A DNA stretch of 34,162 nucleotides from Octopus bimaculoides. Lineage: Eukaryota. Where the stretch lies: positions 33,997,428 to 34,031,589 of the forward strand of contig NC_069000.1 of assembly GCF_001194135.2 (NCBI RefSeq), read 5' to 3'. Of the stretch, positions 1 to 10,062 are shown one piece after another. Position numbers and translations under genes: made by a program. Position 1 is the first letter of the stretch, and every line of letters starts with the position of its first letter. A model generated the notes under the pieces. That model was not told the origin of the DNA, did not search any database, and was given only the letters and a program-made list of their open reading frames with translations.

Positions 1-140
1 CACCACCATCCCCTGCCAGAGCCTAGTGGGGCTTTAGGTGTTTTCGCTCAATAAACACACAACGCCCGGTCTGGGAATCAAAACCGCGATCCTCTGACCA
101 TGAGTCCGCTGCCCTAACCACTGGGCCGTTGCACCTCCAC
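1..140 (-). mobile_element. 5' head of a tRNA-derived SINE (continues beyond the window start)
   Basis: The reverse complement has an A-box-like CGGCCCAGTGG and a B-box-like GGTTTTGATTCC, then runs into non-tRNA body sequence; related to the copies at ~16000 and ~32330. Confidence 0.8.
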
Positions 141-155
141 ACACACACACACACA

Positions 156-853
156 TGAGGGCAAGTCAGAAATTATCTGCACTTTCACCATAGCGTATCT
201 TTATTATAGTCACACTGCCTTCTGCACATGTGTGCTTATAGTTGGTACTATTGTAGTCATGTGATTGAAGTTTGAGCCTGATTGCCCCATTTTTCTTTCT
301 GGCTTTACAGTGTAAGTATGGCTGCTCCACTAGCAATGTGCACCAAAGAAGAACAAAGAGCAGTGATCCAATTTCTCTGGAAAAGGAGTGTATGATCAAC
401 AGTGCAAGATACAGTGCATAGCTGGCCAACAAGCTGAAGCCAGCAATTTGCACCATACGCCGAAGCCTATTGTGGAAGAAAGTTTTGTTGTTGCATGACA
501 ATACACACCCACATACAGCTACCCAGACTGTTAAAACCATTAATCAACTGGGTTTTGAGGTGCTAGAACACCAGGTCTCACCCCTCCTGACTATCATATT
601 TTTATACTGCTCAAAGATTTATGAGGTTATGAATTCCCTATGGATGAAGATATGAAGGAAGTGGTGCATAAAGGGTTGCACAAACAATCGGAAACCTTCT
701 TGGAGGGAATACACAAGCTTGTGGACTTCTGGACCAAGTGCATCAAAAAGGAAGGAGACTATATTGAAAAATGATGTACTTGTTTATTATTCCCTGCTTT
801 TGTGTAAATACATTGAGAAAACAAGAGTGCATATAATTTTTGAATCTCCCTCG
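156..853 (+). mobile_element. Internally deleted mariner-family DNA transposon
   Basis: Degenerate TIRs (tgagggcaagtcagaaattatctgcact versus the reverse complement of the right end, cgagggagattcaaaaattatatgcact), with TA at 854-855. Transposase N-terminus MAAPLAMCTKEEQRAVIQFLW at ~318; LLLHDNTHPHTA; C-terminus ...WTKCIKKEGDYIEK*. Confidence 0.85.
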
Positions 854-855
854 TA

Positions 856-1297
856 TATATTTTAAGAAAAAGGAGCTTAGAATTTTGGATAATTCTTTAT
901 TAGTGCTTTTGTTTGTTTGACTGAACTCTTCAAGATAAAACCAAGATAAAACAGGAAGTTTCTTCGTCTTTTATNNNNNNNNNNNNNNNNNNNNNNNNNN
1001 NNNNNNNNNNNNNTTTGAAAGCATCTCTTTCTCTCTTCTTTTTCTCCTCTCATTATATATATACATATTAGCATATTTGTAATATTCACATTTTCTCATT
1101 ATATACATATTACATGTTTGTGAATATATACATAGAGATTGAAAAAATGATATATATGTGTGTATCAATCTTTTAATCCTAATGTATATATTCACAAACA
1201 TTTTCCTGATTTTATCTTGAAGAGTTCAGCTAAATGAATGAAAATGCTAATAAAGAATTATCCAAAATTCTGACTGCCCCCTGTTTCTTAATATACA
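856..1297. mobile_element. MITE-like fold-back element with ~62-bp inverted arms (879-940 / 1210-1271)
   Basis: agaattttggataattctttattag...ctgaactcttcaagataaaa recurs as its reverse complement; no coding content; contains the gap at 975-1013. Confidence 0.7.
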
Positions 1298-1447
1298 ATA
1301 TTTGTACACTACTTCAAACACTCTATACGCACACACACACACACATATAATTACAATAATAGGGGATAAAACTTTTTAAAACAATTTTATCAGTAGCCAG
1401 CATATAAAAGAAGACTGATTAAGGTGAAATTATATGTATAATCATAA

Positions 1448-1660
1448 TAAGGGCTTAGAAAACATTTTTGTAGCCTTTATGCTGAGATATAGACACTAAA
1501 TAGTCTCACCACTAAAAAATAGGCTATCTATTTTATTAATAACTTCAGTTGGCCTGTTACTTCGAATTCAACAGATGTGTTTGTGACTTTTTTTTAGTGG
1601 TAAGATGATTTAGTATCTATTTCTCAGCATATTGGCTAGAAAATTTTTTCTAAGGCTTTA
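1448..1660. mobile_element. MITE-like fold-back element with ~70-bp inverted arms (1448-1519 / ~1590-1660)
   Basis: cttagaaaa...tagcc...tatgctgaga.ataga.actaaat..tct.accactaaaaaa is present in both orientations; flanks are TA-rich. Confidence 0.7.
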
Positions 1661-1666
1661 ATATAA

Positions 1667-1705
1667 TATATATATATGTATATATATATATATACACACA
1701 CACAC

Positions 1706-1746
<41 letters not shown>

Positions 1747-1756
1747 NNNNNNNNNN

Positions 1757-1806
<50 letters not shown>
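1667..1806. repeat. (TA)n/(CA)n microsatellite with a 10-nt gap (1747-1756)
   Basis: Read directly from the sequence. Confidence 0.95.
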
Positions 1807-1807
<1 letters not shown>

Positions 1808-1933
1808 GTATGGGGGTTTAGTTCACAGGTGATCTAAATGATTAGGTAAGTGCTGTAATGGATTACTAGGGCTCCAAGGTTATAGCTGAGATGGTAGTTA
1901 TGGAGCCATTGCAGATTTCCAATGCAGTGGCTA

Positions 1934-2107
1934 TATAATTGTTAAAGAGGATAACAAACATTAAGGCAAGGCAAACATCTCAAGTAATATACAATATTAT
2001 TATTGGAAAAAATTCTTATTGGAAAAAAATTTTTCCAATAGTAATATTGTATATGACTTGAGATATTTGCCTTGTCTTAATGTTTGTTGTTCTCTTTAAC
2101 AATTATA
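1934..2107. mobile_element. Near-palindromic ~174-bp fold-back element (MITE-like)
   Basis: tataattgttaaagag.a.aacaaacattaag.caaggcaaa.atctcaagt.atatacaatatta.tattggaaaaa matches the reverse complement of the right half, leaving almost no loop. Confidence 0.75.
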
Positions 2108-2114
2108 CATATAG

Positions 2115-2145
2115 GTATGTATGTATGTTTATCTATCCATCTCTT

Positions 2146-2203
<58 letters not shown>

Positions 2204-2266
2204 CACACACACATATATGTATGTATATATATGTATGTATGTATATATACATATATGTATGTGTGT
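2115..2266. repeat. Compound (TATG)n/(TG)n/(TA)n microsatellite
   Basis: Read directly from the sequence; it generates the CV/YI-rich spurious ORFs. Confidence 0.95.
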
Positions 2267-2269
2267 AAC

Positions 2270-3680
2270 ACAAACCCATTCTGCTCGATCTGTAGAAAAG
2301 GCATAGGTAGAAACTCCATAAGATGTACCCAGTGTAAACTATGGACACATAAGAGGTGCAGAAATATCAAAGGAAGGTTAACTGGGAAGATAGTTTTTGT
2401 ATGTGACAGATGCTCAGGAGCAATAAACACTGAAAATGTGCAGAGAACAACTTCTGCCACATTCCAGGGAGAAAAACTCGAAGTAATTGATAGCTTCCAT
2501 TACCTAGGTGACCAAGCCAGTAGTGGAGGAGGGTGCACTGTAATTGTAGCTGCTAGAATAAGAATAGCCTGGGCAAAGTTCAGAGAGCTCTTACTTCTGC
2601 TGGTGACAAAGGGCCTCTCGCTCAGAGTAAAAGGCAGACTGTATGGCACATGTATACGAATAGCCATGCTACATGGCAGTGAAACATGGGCTGTGACTGC
2701 TGAAGACATGCGTAAGCTCGCAAGGAATGAAGCTAGTATGCTCCAATTGATGTGTAATGTCAGTGTGCATACTCGACAGAGTGTAAGTACCTTGAGAGAA
2801 AAATTGGACCTAAGAAGCATCAGTTGTGGTGTGCAAGAGAGACAATTGCGCTGGTATGGTCATTTGGCGAGAATGGATGAGGATAGCTGTGAGAAAATGT
2901 GCCACAACCTAGCGGTTGAGGGTACCTGTGGAAGAGGTAGACCCAGGAAGACCTAGGATGAGGTGATGAAGCACGACCTTCGAACATTAGGCCTCACTGA
3001 GGCAATGACTTGTGACCGAGACCTTTGGAAATATGCTGTGCGTGAGAAGACCTGGCAAGCCAAGTGAGACCATAACCCATGGTCTTTGCCAGGGATGTAG
3101 CCAACCCACTTATGCATACCTTTCCTTCATTGGNNNNNNNNNNNNNNNNNNNNNNNNNNNNNNNNNNNNNNNNNNNNNNNNNNNNNNNNNNNNNNNNNNN
3201 NNNNNNNNNNNNNNNNNNNNNNNNNNNNNNNNNNNNNNNNNNNNNNNNNNNNNNNNNNNNNNNNNNNNNNNNNNNNNNNNNNNNNNNNNNNNNNNNNNNN
3301 NNNNNNNNNNNNNNNNNNNNNNNNNNNNNNNNNNNNNNNNNNNNNNNNNNNNNNNNTTACTGGCACTTGTGCTGGTGGCATGTGAACAAAACATTCCGGC
3401 GAGGTCATTGGCAGTGCTGCTGGACTGGCTCCTGTGCAGGTGGCACGTAAAAAACACCATTTGAGCGTGACCTTTGCCAGTACCGCCTGACTGGCCCTCG
3501 TGCTAGTGGCACGTAAAATCACCCACTATACTCTCGGAGTGGTTGGCATTAGGAAGGGCATCCAGCTGTAGAAACTCTGCCAGATCAGATTGGAACCTGG
3601 TGCAGCCATCTGGTTCGCCAGTCCTCAGTCAAATCGTCCAACCCATACTAGCATGGAAAGCAGACGTTAAACAATGATGA
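2270..3680 (+). mobile_element. 5'-truncated, young RTE-clade LINE: ORF2 C-terminus (PHD-like finger, FxYLG, RWYGH, RGRPRKTW), 3' UTR and (GAT)n tail
   Basis: Motifs KLEVIDSFHYLGD, ARIRIAWAKFREL, MLHGSETW, LRWYGHLARM, GRGRPRKT. One premature TAG at 2954-2956 (Trp codon) before the natural TGA at 3065-3067. 3' end reads gcatggaaagcagacgttaaacaatgatga. Contains the gap at 3134-3356. Confidence 0.92.
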
Positions 3681-3772
3681 CCCTCTACCATAGGTAAAAC
3701 TTCAACTATAAATATCTATAAGCTATCAATTTCTATATTCAAATTTTATATAAAATTTCCTACTATATATAT

Positions 3773-3906
3773 ATCCAAGAGTTAAGGAATGGAGTTGATA
3801 AAATCTGGACTATGTATGTTTCATAGCGAGTGGAATCTTCCAAGGTTCCACTTGCTGTGAAATGTGTAGCCTGGATTTTATCTACTCCATTCCTTAACCC
3901 TTGGAT
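3773..3906. mobile_element. Small fold-back/MITE-like element with ~35-bp inverted arms
   Basis: tccaagagttaaggaatggagttgataaaatc (3774-) versus the reverse complement of 3871-3905, tccaagggttaaggaatggagtagataaaatc: 30/32 identical. Confidence 0.7.
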
Positions 3907-4137
3907 TTTTATTCACATACCTGGCAACCCTAGCTGCTTACCATGACATACAAAATAATTTTTTTCAGTTTATCATACTTCAATATGGAAAAAATCCACA
4001 AACTTCCGCCCCAATAAACCATTACTGTTCCTGAAAGTTGTTTTTTAATATTTTCTACAGATTGCTTGAAGCTCACTTTCTTCCTACACATTGATCCTTG
4101 GATCTTACATTCATATATATCATTTTATATATGTATT

Positions 4138-4200
4138 GCATCATCATTTAAGATCCATCTTCCATGCATGCATGAGTAGGATGGATGACAGGAGCTGGCC
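4138..4200 (-). mobile_element. Short degraded fragment of the RTE 3' tail
   Basis: catcatcatttaagatccatcttccatgcatgcatgag resembles the (CAT)n-gtttaacgtccgctttccatgctagcatggg start of the copies at 18955 and 34011. Confidence 0.55.
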
Positions 4201-4220
4201 AGGTAGAAAAACTATAAATA

Positions 4221-4491
4221 CAGGGTGCGTAAGATATTTGAAGACAGTAATATAACAGATAACTTTATTTATCAAAAAATGCTATCAGGATAAAAATAAA
4301 CCTTCTTTTCTATAATGTTATTCAATAAAGCCACCTTCAGCTTCAACAACTACTTCTATATAAGATCTAAATCATCTACATGCTCGATTCAAGTGGTCCT
4401 GGTTTATTTTGGACATTACTTTGACTATGGCAGCTTTCAAAGAATCTTTGGTGTTATGGGCATGTTCATTGACCTCTCTCAGCAACGCTCC
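4221..4491 (-). mobile_element. 3' end of a Tc1/mariner-superfamily transposon (maT/DD37D-like)
   Basis: Terminus TA|CAGGGTG. Minus-strand translation WSVAER.VNEHAHNTKDSLKAAIVKVMSKINQDHLNRACR*FRSYIEVVVEAEGGFIE* fits a Tc1/maT transposase C-terminus. Truncated at the (CATA)n tract. Confidence 0.75.
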
Positions 4492-4659
4492 ACATGTATA
4501 CACACATACATACATACATACATACATACAAAGATAAGAGACAGTAACTTACAGCTATGTATGAAAAATACTATGAAAATTGGAAAGGATCTGCAATCAA
4601 ATCTGATACAATACTATGTATATGTCTAGAAATAAGAAACCAGATGATCATTGGATATT

Positions 4660-6250
4660 GAGAAAATCATTAAAAAGTTCTTGTTTTACATTTTCACCCT
4701 GAATAGTTTCAACTTCTGTTCATCAACAACATAAGAAATCATTCTTGTACAGAGCTGGTGTAGAAGGTTTTTGAATTTGTATGGGTAACAAAATTTTCTG
4801 AAGTCATCAAACAGATGTTCAATTTTTGGTGAATGACAAACAGATTTAAATTGTTTTCAAGCTGCCTTGTCACAAAGCTCTTGTCAATCTCGGGTTTGCA
4901 TAAGCCCGATTATGTTCTCTATTATTGATTGGACCAGTCTCTTCAGTATAAACTCGATTAGGACTTTCTCCTGTAAAAAACAGGAGTGCTGTCCCTTACA
5001 GTTAGGACAGAAAAATTTGTTTCCCTTGCCTTTATAAATGGTCGTGATATTTGCATATAGCTAGTGTTTAGACTTCTGGATATTTGCTTCTGAAGCATCA
5101 GCCAAAGTGCCCTCATGCAAAATTAGCAATTCTCCACTGCTGAATCCACTGGAATGCTCTGATTTGGCAGCTGGTGTAGTGTTTTCCCCTAGCACTCCAT
5201 TTGATTTTTAAGTTAACTTTGATTGGTGACATGTTGTCAGCTGATTTGACTGGTGTCATGAAACAGTTCCTGGGGTCATAGAGAATTTTCCTTGTATCAT
5301 AAATTATGCGAGTTGTTCCTGCCTAAAAGCAGCTGAATTTCCTGAGCTTTTGGCAATCCACTATTCAGTTTTCAGGGTTTGAAGAGTAGATTGAACTTCA
5401 GCCAGAAAAACCTACAACTACTGCATTTAAATATAAAGAGGAATTGTTCTAGTTGTTCTGGGAGCTTTGTGTATGTTAGTCATGAAACCAGTGTTGATGC
5501 TACTTTATTTTGAATCTGAAGGCCTCAACATTAGCAGCAAAGAGTGTGAAACTGAACAACAGCAATTTGTTATCCAAGTTGATTCCAGAGAAGAAGAAAG
5601 ACTAAAACTTTTAACTTAATAGCTACAGAATGGCAAAAGTCCTTACAAATAACAAGGCTTTTGAGTTGGCAGAAGTTGGGCTCTAGTTTTGTGTGCTCTT
5701 TATTTTAAGGGGCACATTTGTAATTTCATATTTGTCACTAGGTGAGCCAAACATCATTAAGACCTATTTATCCAACAATAATGAAAACAACAATGTCATG
5801 AGGTTTTGAATATATTTTTGCTGGATAATATTGGTAATAATGACATCATCGCTGGCACACACAAAGGAATCTGAAACTGCTGCTGTTAATTTTTCCATTG
5901 TCATAGTCTCCAATTACAGTTCCAAGTTTGTATAATCTTCCATTTATTAAAATCACCCATGAGGATGACTGTAGTTAGTAGCTGTTAGAAGTCCTTAGGC
6001 TGATTGACAGACAACATGACTGGTGCACAGATACTAGGTAAGGCAACATCAGATGATAACTGGGCTTTGGCAGTTATGGTAACAGAGCATTCTTCCCAAC
6101 AATGCCAATGATTTTCCAAAGAATGTGTAACATTTATCAACCTAAACAAGAGAGCCCTTTTAAACAGCCTGGTCTCAAACATCAGTTCACTGGCTATGAG
6201 AGATGTTCTATTTTGAAGTCAGCATGTTCCATAACAGACAACAAAAGGTT
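4660..6250 (-). mobile_element. Old, heavily decayed RTE-clade LINE ORF2 (APE endonuclease, linker and RT N-terminal half)
   Basis: Minus-strand fragments in the expected order: WNMLT, RTSLIASEL, FETRL, YTFF, SICAP, MGDFN, GTVIGDYDNGKINSSSFRFL, WIAKAQEIQ, PVKSAD, ANITTIYKGKG, RVILKRL, VTRQL, VKQ. Many stops and frameshifts. Confidence 0.8.
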
Positions 6251-7023
6251 TCATATTCTATATGACAAGTCTGAGCAGCACTTTTGGCTTTGTCTCCTAT
6301 TCAGCAACTGTTCTGAGTGAATGATTTGAGAAATGCTTTTACCTAGGCTCCTCTCCAAATGGAGCAATCAGCACTGTCTCTACATACAGCTGCTTGAGGT
6401 AGCTGCCAACTACTACCACACAAGATGACATATAGAGGGTAGGCATGATTAGAATCTTCCTACACATCCAGACTTGTTCCATCACCAGACATCCCAGGCT
6501 CTTCTTTGGTATCAGATTTTAGAAATCAGAAATCCTCATTGCAAGAGATAATACTTATGCAATGAAGCTTTAGAATTTATGCTTCCCAGCATTACTCTTC
6601 TGTGAAATAGATAGATCCCATTGCTAGAGCAACACAAGATGACTAACCCTTTCCTAGATGCAGGTTGTAGGAAACTACATGAAAACTGATTGCACAGTTT
6701 GCTTTTCTTTCAGAATCAGCATTCCTGTTCTTATATTCACCCATAAGGCAACAAAGCAGTGATTGATGTTTCTGGGCATGTCCACCATGGTGAACCTGCA
6801 TATTATTTCTGAGGCCCATTGTTGCACCAAATCCCCTGACAAATTATCCTAGCCACAAAAGAAAAAAAGAATTATACACATACTTACAGGTCCATTCATT
6901 TTCCTTTTACACTTAGGTTTTTACTACCTACCATCCAGCAAACAGAACAAAAGTAGACAAAATGAAAATCAATAGCAAAAAGTGGATACTGAAAAAACGT
7001 ATATAAATATGAAGGTAACTAAC

Positions 7024-7198
7024 CAATAACTTCCAAATGAACACAGCTGTCCATTGGTAAAGGTAATGACAAATAGTTGAAAGGGTCAAAGCGGACACTG
7101 ACATGACCACATTCTTTACACCGTACTTGAGATTTCAATTGACCATGGAATAAATCAACGACAATTGACTGGTTACGAAGTACATGATTTTCCCAAGC
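7024..7198 (-). CDS. USP32: USP32 exon Q (175 nt): AWENHVLRNQSIVVDLFHGQLKSQVRCKECGHVSVRFDPFNYLSLPLPMDSCVHLEVI
   Basis: Acceptor gttttgcAG; donor GTTAGT; contains the first zinc-ribbon CKEC and the LSLPLP box; matches track ORF 7019..7222. Confidence 0.97.
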
Positions 7199-7338
7199 CT
7201 GCAAAACAAACATAAAACTCATGAAAAGAATGATACAAATAATGTTTTACATGATTTCAAGACTTTAATGGCTTTCATTAAATTTACCACTTTAAACTTT
7301 CTTGTAACTTCTCAGTGTATTTAATATCTGTTTGCTCT

Positions 7339-7550
7339 AAGATGGTGAACTGGCAGAATTGTTACTTCACTAGAAAAAAATGCTTTGCAGCATTTCCTCT
7401 GACTTAACATTCTGAGTTCAAATTTCACTAAGGTCCTCTTTTAGAGTTGATAAAAAGGTACCAATTGAACACTAGGATCAATGTAACTGACTAGCCCACT
7501 CCCATAAAATTGCCGGCCTTGTGCCAAACTTTGAAATCAATATTTATTCC
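7339..7550 (+). mobile_element. Degraded tRNA-derived SINE, same family as 17793-18033
   Basis: gatggtgaactggcagaa...cattctgagttcaaatt...ttgataaaaaggtacca aligns by eye with the copy at 17793. Confidence 0.7.
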
Positions 7551-8325
7551 TCCTCTATATTCTAAGCACAATAACTAAACTGATGCTGTTGGCTTGTGAA
7601 GGTTTACATCATTAACTAATCTATCTTACTTTCATTTTGTTTTAAATACAAGATTTGAGGATTTCTTATGGCTAATAGAAAAAGGAAAAAAATTACTACA
7701 GTGGTTTGAATTATTAAAAATTAGCTAATGTGAAACTGTATACTTCCATAGGTATCTTCATCTCAGTTCTGCAAATAGAATTTTAATTTATAGGAAGAAA
7801 AGGACTGAACTTTGGTCAACACTGAATGAACTAATTATAAATGACTATATTTCCTCAACAGTTACCACAGCAACCATTGCTCATGGGAGACTACTCTATC
7901 CAATATCTTAAAAACGCTCTATATGGTCTTTTTAAAATTAATAGAAATTTTAATAAAATAACACCCCCACTGCCTTGAAAATGAAGACACCTCGAACAAT
8001 TTAGTTCAAAATATAAAAAATAATAGGATGGTCAAAACTGGAATGTTTTGTCATGGTTCAATAAGGACTAATCCGAGCTAAACAACAAAATAATAGAACA
8101 AGCCTATTTGGAATTTTATGAGTTAGATATAGTAACTGTTTAAAAACTTGCCTATTAAAGTATTTTATGTAGTAAAAATGTAAAATGGAATAAACTGCAG
8201 TAAAGTTTCTCCTCTTGAAACTAGTAACTGTGCTAGAAAGCATTAAAACAATATCTATTTTCCATCTAGAAAATTCTTATTACAGAATAATAATTCCTGG
8301 TAAAGTTTTTTAAAAAAATATTTAC

Positions 8326-8395
8326 TTCCTGTGCTACTTCTTCATCAGGACGTCCATTACTGTCTTTCAATTCAACATATGGTTTCTCATGGACC
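8326..8395 (-). CDS. USP32: USP32 exon P (70 nt): VHEKPYVELKDSNGRPDEEVAQE
   Basis: Acceptor ttgttgcAG; donor GTAAAT; KPYVELKDS.GRPD motif. Confidence 0.96.
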
Positions 8396-8983
8396 CTGCA
8401 ACAATGATCAAACCTAAATTAAATTATATCCTAAAATATAAACATTTACACAAACATTTCAAAAAACATATCATCAAAATAATAAGAAACAAGGACTGTT
8501 TTAAAATTTAGCCTCTTTACACAATATTGAGAATACAAAGAAAAATATACAAGCCTTGAACAAGATAAATATATGTAAGGAGGAAAAATTAAAGAATATT
8601 TATTATTTTTTTTTTTAATTAATTTGTACTCTTGGGCTATTTAGGTCTTTAGAAATGTAAAATATTCTTTCTAAACACATTTTTCTTATGCAAGCAACAT
8701 TATCACTATCAACGTTTTAAAGTTCACTTTTACATGCTTGCATAGGTCAGATAGAAAATTTGCCTTGGCAAATTCTATGACCAAATGTCCTTGCTGTTAG
8801 CAACTCTCACTTGTTTCTAAGTAAGATTATATTTACCCTGGTTGGGCAAATCTTCATAGAAGGTTCAAAATAAACCCTGCTCGTATAACAGTGACACTTG
8901 GAGATACACACAGATACACAGACATGCGCATGTATGTGTGTGTGTGTGTGTGTCTGCAGACAGAAAGAGAGAGACTTTTTTTT

Positions 8984-9030
8984 AGTTTCTGTCTACCAAA
9001 TCTACTCACAAGGCTTTAGTTGATCCGGGG
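8984..9030 (-). mobile_element. SINE fragment (family also seen at 18465, 24845 and 27938)
   Basis: agtttctgtctaccaaatctactcacaaggctttagttgatccgggg is shared with the other copies. Confidence 0.55.
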
Positions 9031-9064
9031 TAATTGGAAACCATACTATTTAGAGTAGCTTAAA

Positions 9065-9733
9065 AGCGACAAGGCTTGAAAGAAATGAAGCTGGTATGCT
9101 TTGCTAGATGTGCAATGTCAGTGTGCACATACGACAGAGTGTAACTATCTTGAGAGAAAAAATGAGTATAACAGGCATCGGATATGGTGTGCAAGAGAGA
9201 TGACTGTACGGGTATGGTCATAGGATGCATATGGATGAGGACAGCAGTGTAAAGAAGTGCCAATTTCTGTGGAGGTAACCTGTGGAAGAGGTAGACCCAG
9301 GAAGACATGGGACAAGGTAGTGAAGTATGATCTTCAGATTTTGAGTCTCACAGAGGTGAAGACAAGTGATTGAGACCTTTGGAAATTTTCTGTGCTTCAG
9401 AAGACACATCAAGCCAAGTGAAATTGTAGTCATGGCCAGTGCCAGTGACATGTAAAAGGTACCCGTGCTGGTGACACATAGGAGGAAAAGGCAGCCATGC
9501 TGGTGACATGAAAAGGCACCTGTGCTAGTGACACGTAAAAGGCACTTGTGTTGGTGACACGTAAAAGGTACCCACTACACTCTGTGGAGTAGTTGGTGTT
9601 AGGAAGGACATATAGTCATAGAAACCAAACCAAAACAGACTGGAGCCTGGCACAGCTCTCCAGCTTACCCGTTCCAGTCAAACCATCTAACCCATACCAG
9701 CACGGAAAACAGATGCTAAATGAAGGTGATGAT
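9065..9733 (+). mobile_element. 5'-truncated RTE LINE copy (same family as 2270-3680, more diverged); its 3' UTR has about five ~25-bp units (gtgctggtgacacgtaaaaggcacc) at ~9440-9575
   Basis: Long co-linear similarity to 2710-3067 (e.g. gtaacctgtggaagaggtagacccaggaagac) and to the 3' tail 3538-3680. Confidence 0.88.
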
Positions 9734-9921
9734 TCAACATACCAAACACTTTTGACAATAAAGATCAGGAAGTCTTCACTATATTATAAACTCAGTCTTT
9801 CTGCACAAATAAGGGATAACATAAGTCATACAACACTCATGACATGAAAAGCTTTCATTCCATGACTGGATAAATAGTTGTAAAAACAGTAAAAAAAAAA
9901 GTTAATAAATAAATTATATTA

Positions 9922-10062
<141 letters not shown>

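Noticed and set aside
1-140. Possible tRNA gene (also 17793-17880)
   Set aside because: A and B boxes are present, but no full cloverleaf closes; the sequences run into SINE bodies repeated elsewhere in the window.
2077-2460. Overlapping ORFs rich in YI/CV/HT dipeptides
   Set aside because: They are translations of (TA)n/(TG)n microsatellites. Only the part of ORF 2084..2956 after ~2270 is real (RTE).
3134-3356. Gap might hide the next USP32 exon
   Set aside because: Both gap flanks are RTE 3' UTR. I found no exon-like match to the expected downstream peptide in 1-7023, so the next exon probably lies beyond the window start.
3012-3522. Long ORFs spanning N-runs (also 877-1201, 17958-18239, 19616-20313)
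   Set aside because: They are artefacts of assembly gaps, which contain no stop codons.
9440-9575. Array of ~25-bp repeats resembling a CRISPR
   Set aside because: The units are head-to-tail with no unique spacers, lie inside a LINE 3' UTR in a eukaryotic intron, and have no cas genes nearby.
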